Shown: positions 19,679 through 29,515 of the stretch, piece by piece | Numbering within the stretch: position 1 is the stretch's first letter | How the letters are laid out: every line of letters begins with the position of its first letter | Source: Candidatus Magasanikiibacteriota bacterium | GTDB taxonomy: Bacteria > Patescibacteriota > Patescibacteriia > Magasanikbacterales > UBA922 | Length of the DNA: 64,000 nucleotides | Direction: 5' to 3' | NCBI GenBank assembly: GCA_049287025.1 | Contig: JBAQFA010000009.1 | Coordinates: 24,802-88,801 of the forward strand | Notes under the pieces: model-generated | Database searches by the model: none | What the model was told of the DNA's origin: nothing | The model's input: the letters and a program-made list of their open reading frames with translations, nothing else | Program-made: the position numbers and the translations under genes

Positions 19679-19783
19679 GTAATTAGTAATTAGTAAATAG
19701 TAATTGTGGTGTATTCGTATAGATTTTGGATTATATATAATAATTTGGAAATATAAAATTACTATTTACAATTTACTAATTAC
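19679..19783. repeat. Long AT-rich inverted 'word' repeat (hairpin) after ftsK
   Basis: gtaattagtaattagtaaatagtaatt (19679-19705) faces aattactatttacaatttactaattac (19757-19783). Confidence 0.6.
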
Positions 19784-19818
19784 AAAACAACTTCAATATA
19801 GAATTTTGTTTTGTAATT

Positions 19819-20493
19819 ATGACTTCAGTTTTTCACAAAAAGAAATTAACAACACCTCGTCGGGTGTGTTTGCGTTTAAAAGAAGCGAGAATAAAAGCTG
19901 ATATTAGTTTGGAAGAAATTTCTAGAAAAACAAAAATTGATAAAAAACATTTACAAGCTTTGGAAGAGTGTCGGTTTAGAGATTTACCAGAAGCAGTTAT
20001 TTACCAAAAGAATTTTGTAAAAAAATATATTGAAGCACTCGGATTAGATTCAACTCCTTTTTTGTCCCAATATGATAGTGAAGAAAAAGTTAATAAAAAG
20101 AAAAAACATCCTCACTGTGCTATTAAAGAAAATTTTTTATCGCAACTGCCAATGCTTGGAAAATATTTTGTTATGATTTTGGTGGTGGCGATTTTGGCAA
20201 TTTATTTAATTTTTCAAGTGCGAAATATTATTGAACCACCTTTGCTCGAAGTTTTTTCACCACAAGATGGCTATGTGACTAGTGACTCGGTACTACCTGT
20301 TCGAGGTAAGACTGATAAAGGAGTAGAAATTTACGTTAACGGTAAAATGATTGGAGTAAATGAACAGGGAAATTTTGAGGAAAAAATTGATTTGAATTTA
20401 GGTGTGAATACTTTTATTATTTCGGCAAAAAAGAAACATGGTAAAGTGACAGAAATAACTCGGTATGTGGTTTATAAAGATACAGGTAATTAA
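19819..20493 (+). CDS. RodZ-like HTH membrane protein
   Basis: It has an N-terminal XRE-type HTH (RLKEARIKADISLEEISRKTKIDKKHLQALE), a single TM segment and an extracytoplasmic beta-rich C-terminus. Confidence 0.55.
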   Translation: MTSVFHKKKLTTPRRVCLRLKEARIKADISLEEISRKTKIDKKHLQALEECRFRDLPEAVIYQKNFVKKYIEALGLDSTPFLSQYDSEEKVNKKKKHPHCAIKENFLSQLPMLGKYFVMILVVAILAIYLIFQVRNIIEPPLLEVFSPQDGYVTSDSVLPVRGKTDKGVEIYVNGKMIGVNEQGNFEEKIDLNLGVNTFIISAKKKHGKVTEITRYVVYKDTGN

Positions 20494-20666
20494 TTATTGT
20501 TTGTTGAAGTGAATTAAAATGTAGAGGAGTAAGGAATTAGGATAAGAAGCGGGAAAATTTTCTCGCCTCTAATTCCCAATTCCTAAATCCTGGTAGTTGT
20601 TGACACTTGTTTTACAAACCGGTATTATATAGGGTGAGGGAGGAAAAAACCTCACTTTTTTAATCA

Positions 20667-21737
20667 ATGAATAATAAAAATATGCCAAAAAAAGAAGAAG
20701 ATATTAAATTAGGGGCGGCTCAGACTGCGATTGACCAAATTAAAGAAAAATATGGTGATGGAGCGATTATGAGATTTAGTGAATCACGCGCTATGGATGT
20801 GCCAGCTGTCTCCACTGGTTCAATCTCTCTTGATATTGCTCTTGGTGTCGGTGGTATGCCTAGAGGTAGAATTATAGAAGTATTTGGTCCAGAAGCCAGT
20901 GGTAAGACTACACTAGCACAACACATTGTATCTGAAGTACAAAAATTGGGGGGAATTGCTGCTTTTGTGGATGCCGAACACGCTCTAGACCCAGATTATG
21001 CTAGAAAGATTGGGGTGGATGTGGATAATTTATTAATTTCCCAACCTGACACTGGTGAACAAGCTCTGGAAATCGTGGAAACATTGGTTCGTTCTAATGC
21101 TGTGGATATTGTGGTGATTGACTCTGTCGCCGCTCTTGTACCAAAAGCAGAAATAGAAGGAGAAATGGGAGACTCACACATGGGTTTACAAGCTCGTTTG
21201 ATGAGTCAAGCTTTGCGCAAGTTGACTGGGATTGTTAGTAAAACAAAAACAATTGTGATTTTTATTAATCAGATCAGACATAAGATTGGTGTGTTTTTTG
21301 GCAATCCAGAAACGACAACTGGTGGTAATGCTCTAAAATTTTATTGTTCTGTACGGGTAGAAGTGCGTCGAGCTGCTCAGATTAAACAAGGTGATAAAAT
21401 TATTGGCAATCGGGTAAAAGTAAAAGTCGTAAAAAATAAAGTAGCCGCTCCATTCCGCACCACTGAATTTGATATCATGTATAATGAAGGCATCTCTCTA
21501 TCTGGAGATTTATTAGATACTGGTGTATTGCACAGAGTGATTAGTAAATCTGGTAATAGTTATGCTTATGGTGAAGAAAAACTTGGTGTTGGTAGAGAAA
21601 AAGCTAAACAATATTTACGAGAAAAGCCAGAATTGATGACAGAGGTTAAAGCCAAGATTTGGGAAGTGGTAAAAGCTGGTGAAGCTCCAGATGAGGAACA
21701 AGGTAATATTACTGATGATGTGAGTGTGGAAGAATAA
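20667..21737 (+). CDS. recA: Recombinase RecA
   Basis: [33 protein letters not shown] and FINQIR are canonical RecA motifs. Confidence 0.97.
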   Translation: MNNKNMPKKEEDIKLGAAQTAIDQIKEKYGDGAIMRFSESRAMDVPAVSTGSISLDIALGVGGMPRGRIIEVFGPEASGKTTLAQHIVSEVQKLGGIAAFVDAEHALDPDYARKIGVDVDNLLISQPDTGEQALEIVETLVRSNAVDIVVIDSVAALVPKAEIEGEMGDSHMGLQARLMSQALRKLTGIVSKTKTIVIFINQIRHKIGVFFGNPETTTGGNALKFYCSVRVEVRRAAQIKQGDKIIGNRVKVKVVKNKVAAPFRTTEFDIMYNEGISLSGDLLDTGVLHRVISKSGNSYAYGEEKLGVGREKAKQYLREKPELMTEVKAKIWEVVKAGEAPDEEQGNITDDVSVEE

Positions 21738-21780
21738 ATTCATGAAGCATGAAGTATATAACATGTAACATAAAATAATT

Positions 21781-21806
21781 AAAAAGCGGGCTTAAACCCG
21801 CTTTTT
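21781..21806. terminator. Bidirectional intrinsic terminator (recA / ychF)
   Basis: aaaaagcgggcttaaacccgcttttt is a perfect GC stem flanked by an A-run and a T-run. Confidence 0.8.
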
Positions 21807-21836
21807 GTTATGTGATATGTGTCTCGTGTTATGTGT

Positions 21837-22913
21837 TTAAGTCGCCACATGGAAATATACCGTATCACCATCCTTAACAATATAATCTTTTCCTTCCAAT
21901 CTTAATTTTCCAGAAGTTTTGATTCCACTCCAACCACCATGTTCAACAAAATCTTTCCAATCACACACATCAGCTTTGATATAACCTTTTATAAAATCAG
22001 TATGAATCACCCCAGCCGCTTCTGGACCTTTGGCGCCAGACTTCACTGTCCAAGCTCTAGTTTCTGGTTCGCCACTGGTTAAAAATGTGACAAGGTTTAG
22101 TAATTTATAACTTTCAGTAATCAATTTATCCAAACCACTTTTTTCCATACCTAGCTCTTTCATATATTCTTTTAATTCTTCGCCATTCAGATCAGCTAGT
22201 TCTGCTTCCAATTTAGCACAGACAATAATTTGTGGAATACCTTCTTCTATCTGCGGAATTTGGGCATTCAAATTTGAAGTTTCATCTACATTTATTACAT
22301 AGAGCATGGGTTTCATAGTGAGCAAGTGCATGTCTTTCATTATGAGCATCTCATCTTCAGTGTATTCAAGCGCGCGCGCTGGTTTGCCAGCTTCTAGTTG
22401 TTTAAAAACTTTTTCTAAAACATCAATTTCTTTTTGCGCATCTTTCAAAGCTGTCCCCTTGGCGTTCTTTTTCGTTTTATCTAGGCGCTTACTCACAGTT
22501 TGCCAGTCGGCTAGGACTAATTCAAGATTTATTACCCCAGCATCTTCAGTTGGATCTACTTTGCCCGCCACGTGAATAATATTGTTATCAGTAAAATTTC
22601 TTACTACCTGAACAATAGCATCAGTTTCCCGAATGTGAGACAAAAATTGATTACCTAGGCCTTCACCTTCACTAGCGCCTTTGACTAGACCAGCAATATC
22701 ATAAAATTCTATGGCTGTTGGGATAATTTTTTTTGATTTAGAAACTTGAGCCAGTTTTTCCAACCGTTCATCTGGTACCTCAACAATCCCGATATTTGGT
22801 TCAATCGTACAAAAAGGATAATTTTGAGCATCAGCTTGTTTGCTACGAGTGAGAGCGTTGAATAGAGTAGATTTTCCTACATTGGGTAGGCCGACGATTC
22901 CAAGTGATAACAT
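21837..22913 (-). CDS. ychF: Ribosome-binding ATPase YchF
   Basis: The G1 motif is GIVGLPNVGKSTLFNALT. The protein is 358 aa with a C-terminal TGS-like domain. Confidence 0.95.
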   Translation of the reverse strand: MLSLGIVGLPNVGKSTLFNALTRSKQADAQNYPFCTIEPNIGIVEVPDERLEKLAQVSKSKKIIPTAIEFYDIAGLVKGASEGEGLGNQFLSHIRETDAIVQVVRNFTDNNIIHVAGKVDPTEDAGVINLELVLADWQTVSKRLDKTKKNAKGTALKDAQKEIDVLEKVFKQLEAGKPARALEYTEDEMLIMKDMHLLTMKPMLYVINVDETSNLNAQIPQIEEGIPQIIVCAKLEAELADLNGEELKEYMKELGMEKSGLDKLITESYKLLNLVTFLTSGEPETRAWTVKSGAKGPEAAGVIHTDFIKGYIKADVCDWKDFVEHGGWSGIKTSGKLRLEGKDYIVKDGDTVYFHVAT

Positions 22914-22940
22914 AAATTTTATAATTATTTAAAAAATTTT

Positions 22941-23834
22941 TTATTTAGTTTTTGTAAGATAGTATTGCAATGGTGCTAGAATTACATTGGTAGCGACAAT
23001 ATATGCCACGACACCAAGCAAAGCCGTTGAATCAAAACTATTTAGGGCAAGTACCGTTGCCAAACCAGTATTTTTATAAAAATTAGTGATTGACCAGGTA
23101 ATTTTTTCTTCTTTGCTTCGGCCAAATAAATTTCCCAAAATGATTTGGATAATTGCAATCAATAAAATAATTAGTAATGCTATTAAAAAAGAATGATTTT
23201 GCCAGGAAATTAAATAAGCTACTGGCGCTATTCCACCCCAATTAAGCATCGCTACAAAAATGGTATTGGATGATGTAATATATTTTTCCAAAAATTTATT
23301 CCATTTAAAATATTTAATAATTTCTGCCAAAATAATCGGAATAATCACTAACTTAAACACCAACCAAAACATTGATAAAATATTTATATCAATTACTTTG
23401 TGCACAAAAAGCCAGACAGTTGCTGGTATCAAAATTGGTGCTAGTAAATGTGCCAATGTAGTCGTGATTAATGCTTTGGTTGGTTGACCTTTGAAGATTA
23501 TAGAAAAAGCGACTACCGAAATTCCACAAGGTAGAGCAGCCGTTAATATCAGACCGAGATAAATATCTGAATTAAGATGAAGAAATTTTTGACAGAGAAA
23601 AATTAAAAAAGTTGAAAATAAATAAATATTTATTAAAACTAAGACATAACGCCACCAATCATGTTTAAAATTTTTTAGTTCCTTCAAATCAATTTTAAGT
23701 GAACTTAAGGTCATCATGACCATAAGAATTATTGTCAGCCAATTTTTAAATATTAGACCCGGAGCCTGCCAAACATAGCCCAAAATTATTGAGAATAAAA
23801 TTATCAGCCAAAAATATTTTTGTGTAAAATTCAT
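22941..23834 (-). CDS. Polytopic membrane transporter, bile acid:Na+ symporter (BASS/SBF)-like
   Basis: 297 aa with about 9-10 TM segments. LPCGISV and GLATVLAL-type segments resemble the SBF family. The assignment is tentative. Confidence 0.55.
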   Translation of the reverse strand: MNFTQKYFWLIILFSIILGYVWQAPGLIFKNWLTIILMVMMTLSSLKIDLKELKNFKHDWWRYVLVLINIYLFSTFLIFLCQKFLHLNSDIYLGLILTAALPCGISVVAFSIIFKGQPTKALITTTLAHLLAPILIPATVWLFVHKVIDINILSMFWLVFKLVIIPIILAEIIKYFKWNKFLEKYITSSNTIFVAMLNWGGIAPVAYLISWQNHSFLIALLIILLIAIIQIILGNLFGRSKEEKITWSITNFYKNTGLATVLALNSFDSTALLGVVAYIVATNVILAPLQYYLTKTK

Positions 23835-23932
23835 AAGATAATAATATGGGCATATTTTAGGTCTTTTTTAATTAAAAGTCAAACAAAAATCCCCCTCTTT
23901 TTTAAAAAAAGAGGGGGATTTAGGTAATATAA

Positions 23933-26299
23933 TTATTTTTCTAAGACGGGGTGTTGGCCAAACTGACCACGTAGAGCCGAGACTATTTGGCCAGTATAAT
24001 CTGGATTTTTCTGAGATTGCTTTCTAAATTTGAGTGATTCTTCAATTACTTTGGTCTTTATTTTCATGGCCTTGGCAGTTTTAATGGTCCACTCGCCTTC
24101 TCCAGAATGAGATACTTTACCACTAATTTTTTCTAAATTAGTACCGTAAGTATGAAAGGCTTCATGGAGCCAACCAACCAGACGGGATTCAATTACACTA
24201 CCCTCATTATATATGTCAGCAATGCGGTGTAGATCTAGTTTATAATCAGACTTTTTTAGAACATTAAATCCCTCGCCAATGGCTTGCATCATGCCATACT
24301 CAATTCCATTGTGAATCATTTTTACAAAGTGGCCAGCACCAGCGCCAGAAAAAAACTGATAACCATTCACTTGAGACATGTCTTTAAAAATTGGTTCACA
24401 ATGTTCAAATAATTTTTTCTCCCCGCCGATCATAATGCAGGCGCCATTTCTCGCTCCACCTGGACCACCCGATACCCCAGCATCGAGAAATTTAATACCC
24501 AGCTTTTTTAATTTATTGGCTCGAACAGTCGTATCTTTAAAATATGAATTACCGCCGTCAATAATGATGTCGCCTTTATCTAATTTTTTTACTATTCCTT
24601 CTTTACCAAACAAAGTCTCATCAATTGGTTTGCCATTGGGAAGCATGAGCCAGATAATGCGTGGGCTAGGTAATTTTTTTATCATGTCTTCTAATGAATA
24701 TACCGCGTTCAAATTTTCTTTGGCCATTTGTCTGGTCACTTCAGCGGTGCGATTATAACCAACTACATACCAACCCTTGTCAATTAATCTTCTGGCAAGA
24801 TTGCCACCCATTTTTCCTAAACCAATAATACCAATGCGTTTATTTAGTTTATGTTTTTCTTCTTCTAGAAAATTTTTCGCAGTTTTCGTAATTTCAAAAG
24901 TATCTGGTTTGTAAGTATGGAGTGGAGTTAAATTATTTTTCCAAGCATTAATAATTGGATCAACCACACGCCACATTTGAGCAATTTCGGCATTTCTCAT
25001 AAACCAAGTTTGATTACCAGCAATAGTGTCATGGAGTAATTTGGCGTATTCTTCTACATAGGGCAATTTGGTTTTATTTTTATGCAACATAAAAACAAAT
25101 TCTCGTTTTTCCAATTGCATATCAAAACCAGGTTTTCTTTGCCAAAATTGAATTTTTATTTCTTGCGTGGGGTGAAGTTTAAAAATTATTTTATTTTGCA
25201 CTGGACCAGCCGGTGGGCAAATGCAGGGTTCTGGGTGGCGGAAAGTGACGACAATTTCTTTTTTCACTTGTCCCATCCGTTTGCCACTTTCAATTGTAAT
25301 GGGTACGCCAGTCCAACGCGGTGAATCAAGTTCGGTCTGCCAACGGAAATATGTTTCCACATTAGAATTTTTATTTACCCCAGTAATATTTTTATAACCA
25401 TCATATTGGGCGCGGAAAGTTTTGGTTTTTATATCTTGCAAGCTAGGTTTAATTAATTGTTTCAAAACTTCTGCCCGAGCATTGCGCACTTCTTTGTCAG
25501 TATAGTTAATTGGATGCTCCATAGTTAAGAGCGCGAGAATAGACAGCAAATGGTTTTGTCCGACATCACGCAAAGCCCCGACACTTTCATAAAACGATCC
25601 TCTGGTTTCTACTCCAATTTCCTCCCACAGTTTCATACTAATTCTTTCAATATGCTTGTTGTTCCAAGCGTTTTCAAATAAGCCATTAGAAAAACGGAAA
25701 TTTAATATTCCCTGAACCATTTCTTTACCAAAATAGTGATCAATTCTATAAATTTGTTCACGTTTAAAAACTGATAAAGTTTTTTCTAATTCTTTGGCAG
25801 AGGCACCATCATCACCAAACGGTTTTTCTACAATCACTCTAGCCCAACCAGTACTGTCATCACAGGGCAGATTTAATTTGGTTTCTTTCAATCCCTTGGC
25901 AATCGGTTTGATCATGGCTGGTGGAACAGCTAAGTAATACAATTTGTTAGCACAAATCCCCCATTGATCCTGAATATTTTGAATGTGGCTTTTTAATTCA
26001 GTATAATCTTGCAATTGGGAAAAATCGCCTTGTTCATAATGAAAGAGTTTTAAAAATTTTTCAATTGGTTGTCGGGTTTTAACAAATTCTTTTTCTTTTA
26101 AAATATTAAAAACATGGGTTCTAAATTCTTCATCACTCATTGCTCGGCGGGCAAATCCTAAGACATCAAAATGAACTGGAAGTTTTTTTTGTTTGTATAA
26201 AAAATATAATGAAGGGACAATTTTTTTTGTCATAAGGTCGCCAGTGGCACCAAAAACAGTAAAAATTGTTGGAACATTATCAAAGTATGGTTGTTTCAT
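23933..26299 (-). CDS. zwf: Fusion protein: glucose-6-phosphate dehydrogenase (N-terminal) + 6-phosphogluconate dehydrogenase-like (C-terminal)
   Basis: The N-terminal ~480 aa carry the GATGDL NADP-binding site and RIDHYFGKE, close to the G6PD signature RIDHYLGKE. The C-terminal ~300 aa start with the Rossmann fold IGIIGLGKMGGNLARRL and carry the 6PGDH-like GGNSYF and HFVKMIHNGIEYG. It is one uninterrupted 788-aa ORF. Confidence 0.85.
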   Translation of the reverse strand: MKQPYFDNVPTIFTVFGATGDLMTKKIVPSLYFLYKQKKLPVHFDVLGFARRAMSDEEFRTHVFNILKEKEFVKTRQPIEKFLKLFHYEQGDFSQLQDYTELKSHIQNIQDQWGICANKLYYLAVPPAMIKPIAKGLKETKLNLPCDDSTGWARVIVEKPFGDDGASAKELEKTLSVFKREQIYRIDHYFGKEMVQGILNFRFSNGLFENAWNNKHIERISMKLWEEIGVETRGSFYESVGALRDVGQNHLLSILALLTMEHPINYTDKEVRNARAEVLKQLIKPSLQDIKTKTFRAQYDGYKNITGVNKNSNVETYFRWQTELDSPRWTGVPITIESGKRMGQVKKEIVVTFRHPEPCICPPAGPVQNKIIFKLHPTQEIKIQFWQRKPGFDMQLEKREFVFMLHKNKTKLPYVEEYAKLLHDTIAGNQTWFMRNAEIAQMWRVVDPIINAWKNNLTPLHTYKPDTFEITKTAKNFLEEEKHKLNKRIGIIGLGKMGGNLARRLIDKGWYVVGYNRTAEVTRQMAKENLNAVYSLEDMIKKLPSPRIIWLMLPNGKPIDETLFGKEGIVKKLDKGDIIIDGGNSYFKDTTVRANKLKKLGIKFLDAGVSGGPGGARNGACIMIGGEKKLFEHCEPIFKDMSQVNGYQFFSGAGAGHFVKMIHNGIEYGMMQAIGEGFNVLKKSDYKLDLHRIADIYNEGSVIESRLVGWLHEAFHTYGTNLEKISGKVSHSGEGEWTIKTAKAMKIKTKVIEESLKFRKQSQKNPDYTGQIVSALRGQFGQHPVLEK

Positions 26300-26542
26300 A
26301 AATTAGTAATTAGGTTTTAGTAAAACATTCTAATATGGTATGTAATATTATACTTTTATTTTTATCTACAATCAATATGTGGATATGGCATTAGTTGTCC
26401 TTACTTTTTGTAACCAATCCCGATTTTATCGGGACAAACAGTTTCGCCCCCGGACCCCCTTGGTGAGTTTGCTTGGTTTTAATTAATAATAAACCTTACA
26501 AGGTTTATTATGTGTTTCGTGGTTTGTGGTTTGTGGTTTGTG

Positions 26543-27505
26543 TTATTCTACAATTGCTTTCATTTCTTTATTAAATACAGCACTAGCTCGTTTCATGTAA
26601 TCTTCTATATTATCAGCAAAGTATGGTGGATATTGACTTTGAATTTTTCCAATTACATAATAGACTACTGCCATGAGAGTGGCATAGTTGGCATTATTTG
26701 GTAATGGGAAATACAGACGATTTTTTTCTAAGCCGTAATGTTTGTTTTCAATACCAAAACTAATAAATAATTCCGTGTCAGACATAACAACATTTTTGGC
26801 GTGCATACTTTGATCTATAGTAAAAACCCTGCCAGACACTTTTGGTTGAAGGAGTTCATCAAACTTGGTTAAAAACATGTCGCGTATAGCATCAAACCTA
26901 CTCTCAACTAAAATATAGTAAGAATCAAACTTGGAAAAATTGTTAGGGATTAAAGGGTTAATTTTTGTTTTTAAAAAATTATAAATATCTTCAGCGCTTT
27001 CTCCAGTATGTCCTATGATCATCCCCATATAAGTGCTCGTGTTGTAAGTATAAGGTTCTTTGTTTTTCGGAAAGACAAATACTTTGTCGTCATCCAAATA
27101 TTCTTTGGCTGGAGCTTTTGGATTGTTTGTTAGGAGTCTGGTTTCAATATTTTTTTCTTTAAAAAATCTGGCCATCTCAATGGCATGTTTGTCACCAGAA
27201 GCCGAAATCAAAATTATTCCATCAATTCCTTTTATATTCTCAAATTTTTGTTTATAGTCACTCTCATTGGCAAGTATGGCATCACTATTTTCAAATAATA
27301 TTTTGCCAGTAAAAAAAGCATTCACACTACCCACTACCATTGGTCTTTTGTAATTACCCAGATTAAGCTTTGGTACACCTTGAGAGATGAATAATTCTAG
27401 TGCTCCCATGACTGCTACATCTAAATTCGGAATATTTTTTAAAGTAAAATTTTGCATGGTTTGTAAATTTGTCATATTTCTATATTTATTATTTAACCCT
27501 ACCAT
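26543..27505 (-). CDS. SIS-domain-like protein (putative sugar-phosphate isomerase/binding)
   Basis: MVVGSVNAFFTG...IDGIILISASGDKHAIEMARFFKEKNI resembles a SIS fold. The assignment is tentative. Confidence 0.45.
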   Translation of the reverse strand: MVGLNNKYRNMTNLQTMQNFTLKNIPNLDVAVMGALELFISQGVPKLNLGNYKRPMVVGSVNAFFTGKILFENSDAILANESDYKQKFENIKGIDGIILISASGDKHAIEMARFFKEKNIETRLLTNNPKAPAKEYLDDDKVFVFPKNKEPYTYNTSTYMGMIIGHTGESAEDIYNFLKTKINPLIPNNFSKFDSYYILVESRFDAIRDMFLTKFDELLQPKVSGRVFTIDQSMHAKNVVMSDTELFISFGIENKHYGLEKNRLYFPLPNNANYATLMAVVYYVIGKIQSQYPPYFADNIEDYMKRASAVFNKEMKAIVE

Positions 27506-27584
27506 TATATATCTTATAACTATATATGAAAAGTGTGGATACTTGATTTATTTTTTTATATATGGTATTATGTTTGTGATTTAT

Positions 27585-27658
27585 GGGCCGTTAGCTCAGC
27601 TGGCTAGAGCGCTTCCATGGCATGGAAGAGGTCGCAGGTTCAATTCCTGTACGGTCCA
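27585..27658 (+). tRNA. tRNA-Ala (GGC)
   Basis: A cloverleaf can be drawn. The acceptor is gggccgt/acggtcc with G3:U70. The anticodon arm is cttcc-atGGCat-ggaag and the T-arm is gcaggttcaattcctgt. Confidence 0.9.
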
Positions 27659-27853
27659 CAATATGAGGGGGTATCTTTACTTTATTAGGAGCTGTAATTG
27701 TAAAAGACCTTTACTATCCACTAAATCACTTTTTATAGTGATTTTTTATTTAGGTTTATATATATTATTGTACGACGCATATATATAGCTTTAATTAGTG
27801 TAATAAAACTAAAATTACTACTTAACTACCTATTTTATCCCCTATTTGTTCTT

Positions 27854-28082
27854 TGTGGAACAATTTCAGTGAACAGTGGCCAGTATGCAGTATTCATAAA
27901 ATACTAAATTATAAAAAATACGTTAGTTTTATTGTAGACTGAAAATTTGGTGTTGTTGTTCTTGCGATCTGATTTGTTGGGAAGCATATTTATAATTAAT
28001 ATGTTCTATGTGGAACAATTATTTATGGTTTATACACAGATAGTGGCACTTATACACAAAAATATCCACTTTTGTGGATATT
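27854..28082. promoter_or_regulatory. Cluster of DnaA-box-like 9-mers in an ORF-free gap
   Basis: tgtggaaca occurs twice (27854-27862, 28009-28017) and ttatacaca occurs twice (28030-28038, 28050-28058). The palindrome atatccac-tttt-gtggatat lies at 28062-28081. Each matches 7-8 of 9 positions of TTATCCACA. Confidence 0.35.
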
Positions 28083-28107
28083 TGTATAGGATATTGTAGA
28101 CAATAAT

Positions 28108-28172
28108 ACAAAATACAATATACACGGAGCAAAATACAAAATCTATGTTGTTGTTTGTATATTGTATTTTGT
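28108..28172. repeat. Perfect 17-bp inverted repeat (palindromic element, second copy at 53548-53626)
   Basis: acaaaatacaatataca (28108-28124) faces tgtatattgtattttgt (28156-28172). Confidence 0.7.
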
Positions 28173-28177
28173 TTTTG

Positions 28178-28248
28178 TGGACCTAGGCAGAATCGAACTG
28201 CCGTCTCAGCAATGCGAATGCTATATATTACCACTATACTATAGGCCC
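28178..28248 (-). tRNA. tRNA-Ala (CGC)
   Basis: The reverse complement reads gggcctatagtatagtggtaa...tagca-ttCGCat-tgctg...ggcagttcgattctgcc-taggtcc-a, with G3:U70. Confidence 0.85.
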
Positions 28249-28254
28249 GCTTAG

Positions 28255-28326
28255 TGCCCCCAGCATGAATTGAACACACATCTTGTCCTTAGGACGGACC
28301 TGTTCTATCCGTTGAACTATGGGGGC
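28255..28326 (-). tRNA. tRNA-Arg (CCT)
   Basis: The reverse complement reads gccccca-ta-gttcaacggatagaac-...gtcc-gtCCTaa-ggac...gtgttcaattcat(g)c-tgggggc-a. There is one mismatch at the top of the anticodon stem. Confidence 0.8.
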
Positions 28327-28373
28327 ATAATTTGTTAGACAATCTTATCACTTCTTTTTCTTTTTGGCAAGCC

Positions 28374-29123
28374 TTATTTTATCTCTGGGCAATGATCCCA
28401 CATAAATTTAAACCAGGTTTTATAGCTAGTGGCCAGTGGACGACTAATATTTACAAAAATGGTAATATCGTCACTAATCTTTGTTATTCCGGCGCCAGTA
28501 AAAGACACAACATGATCACCAAAAATGTCTACCATTGAAGGCGTAGAATATTCTTTAGGTAGGTATTTGTAAGGTTTACCTACGGCTTTTGGTACATGAG
28601 GAGCTTGTTTTAGTACTTCAAAATCAAATAAATGTTTATATTTAATACCTCGACGATCCGCATCAACTAAAAATTTATCCAAAAAGGTATTGAGTCTTGG
28701 GTCGAACCAGGCTCCCTTGGCGCCAATACAATAAACATCTTCTTTAGTAGATAATACATCACGAAGAAAATTTTTAAATCCTTCCAGACCTTTATATATG
28801 TAGGCAGCCTCTAAAACAGGATGTTTTTGGTATTCGTGCATCAAGTGTGGCATTTCTTTTTCTAGCCTAGTACGTTTTTCATCAACCAGTTCCATTAGCT
28901 TGGCTGGTTCCACTGGTTTAAATAAAGTGTCGCCATGCCCAATAACTTGAAACACTAAACCTTTTTCAATTAAGCGATTCATTGAGTCATAAATATTCCG
29001 GCGATGAATTTTACTTTTTTTTGAAATATTAGAAACCGTAGTTTGTTTTTCTTGTAAAAGTGTTTCGTAAATTTTGGCTTCGTTTATTGACAATCCTAGT
29101 TCTGTTAAAATTTGGCTATACAT
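28374..29123 (-). CDS. TrmB-family wHTH transcriptional regulator (paralog 2)
   Basis: The N-terminus is LGLSINEAKIYETLLQEKQTTVSNISKKSKIHRRNIYDSMNRLIEKGLV. The gene is low-GC and divergent from GC-rich cassette 2. Confidence 0.8.
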   Translation of the reverse strand: MYSQILTELGLSINEAKIYETLLQEKQTTVSNISKKSKIHRRNIYDSMNRLIEKGLVFQVIGHGDTLFKPVEPAKLMELVDEKRTRLEKEMPHLMHEYQKHPVLEAAYIYKGLEGFKNFLRDVLSTKEDVYCIGAKGAWFDPRLNTFLDKFLVDADRRGIKYKHLFDFEVLKQAPHVPKAVGKPYKYLPKEYSTPSMVDIFGDHVVSFTGAGITKISDDITIFVNISRPLATSYKTWFKFMWDHCPEIK

Positions 29124-29170
29124 AGCAAAAATATATTAAAGTGGTGTGAAGCCACACCACGTGGTGGTAT

Positions 29171-29198
29171 TTGCCACTCTTTATATATTATATATAAT
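29171..29198 (+). promoter_or_regulatory. Promoter of GC-rich cassette 2
   Basis: TTGCCA (29171-29176), a 16-nt spacer, then TATAAT (29193-29198). GCCTTGTT follows and is the shared start of the leader. Confidence 0.45.
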
Positions 29199-29296
29199 GC
29201 CTTGTTACTTTGCAAGCCGCTGCTGTGCATAAAAGCTAGATGGTGAGCGGGTAATAAGGGGTTCTTTGATAAAACAATTTGAGAAGCGAGGGACAA

Positions 29297-29479
29297 ATGG
29301 AAACTGGAGAAAGGCAAGATGAAGTTACTTGTTTGAAGAAAGAGTTGGAACATGACAAAGATGAGATATATTATTTGCGTTTGGCTATCCTTAATTTGAA
29401 TAGGAAAAAGGAGTATGTCAGAATGCAAAGGATGTTCCGTGGTGGAGAAGCTGTTCTCGACATGTGGGCGCGCTATTAA
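29297..29479 (+). CDS. Small coiled-coil protein, unknown function (cassette 2, first ORF)
   Basis: 60 aa. GAGG lies 5 nt upstream of the ATG at 29297. The sequence is charged with heptad-like spacing. I recognise no family. Confidence 0.4.
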   Translation: METGERQDEVTCLKKELEHDKDEIYYLRLAILNLNRKKEYVRMQRMFRGGEAVLDMWARY

Positions 29480-29515
29480 CACGGGAGAGGGCTGAAAAAG
29501 CCTAAGGAGGACCTC

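Noticed and set aside
28019-28279. The 86-aa minus-strand ORF.
   Set aside because: It overlaps two well-formed tRNA genes and the AT-rich palindromic element, so it is spurious.
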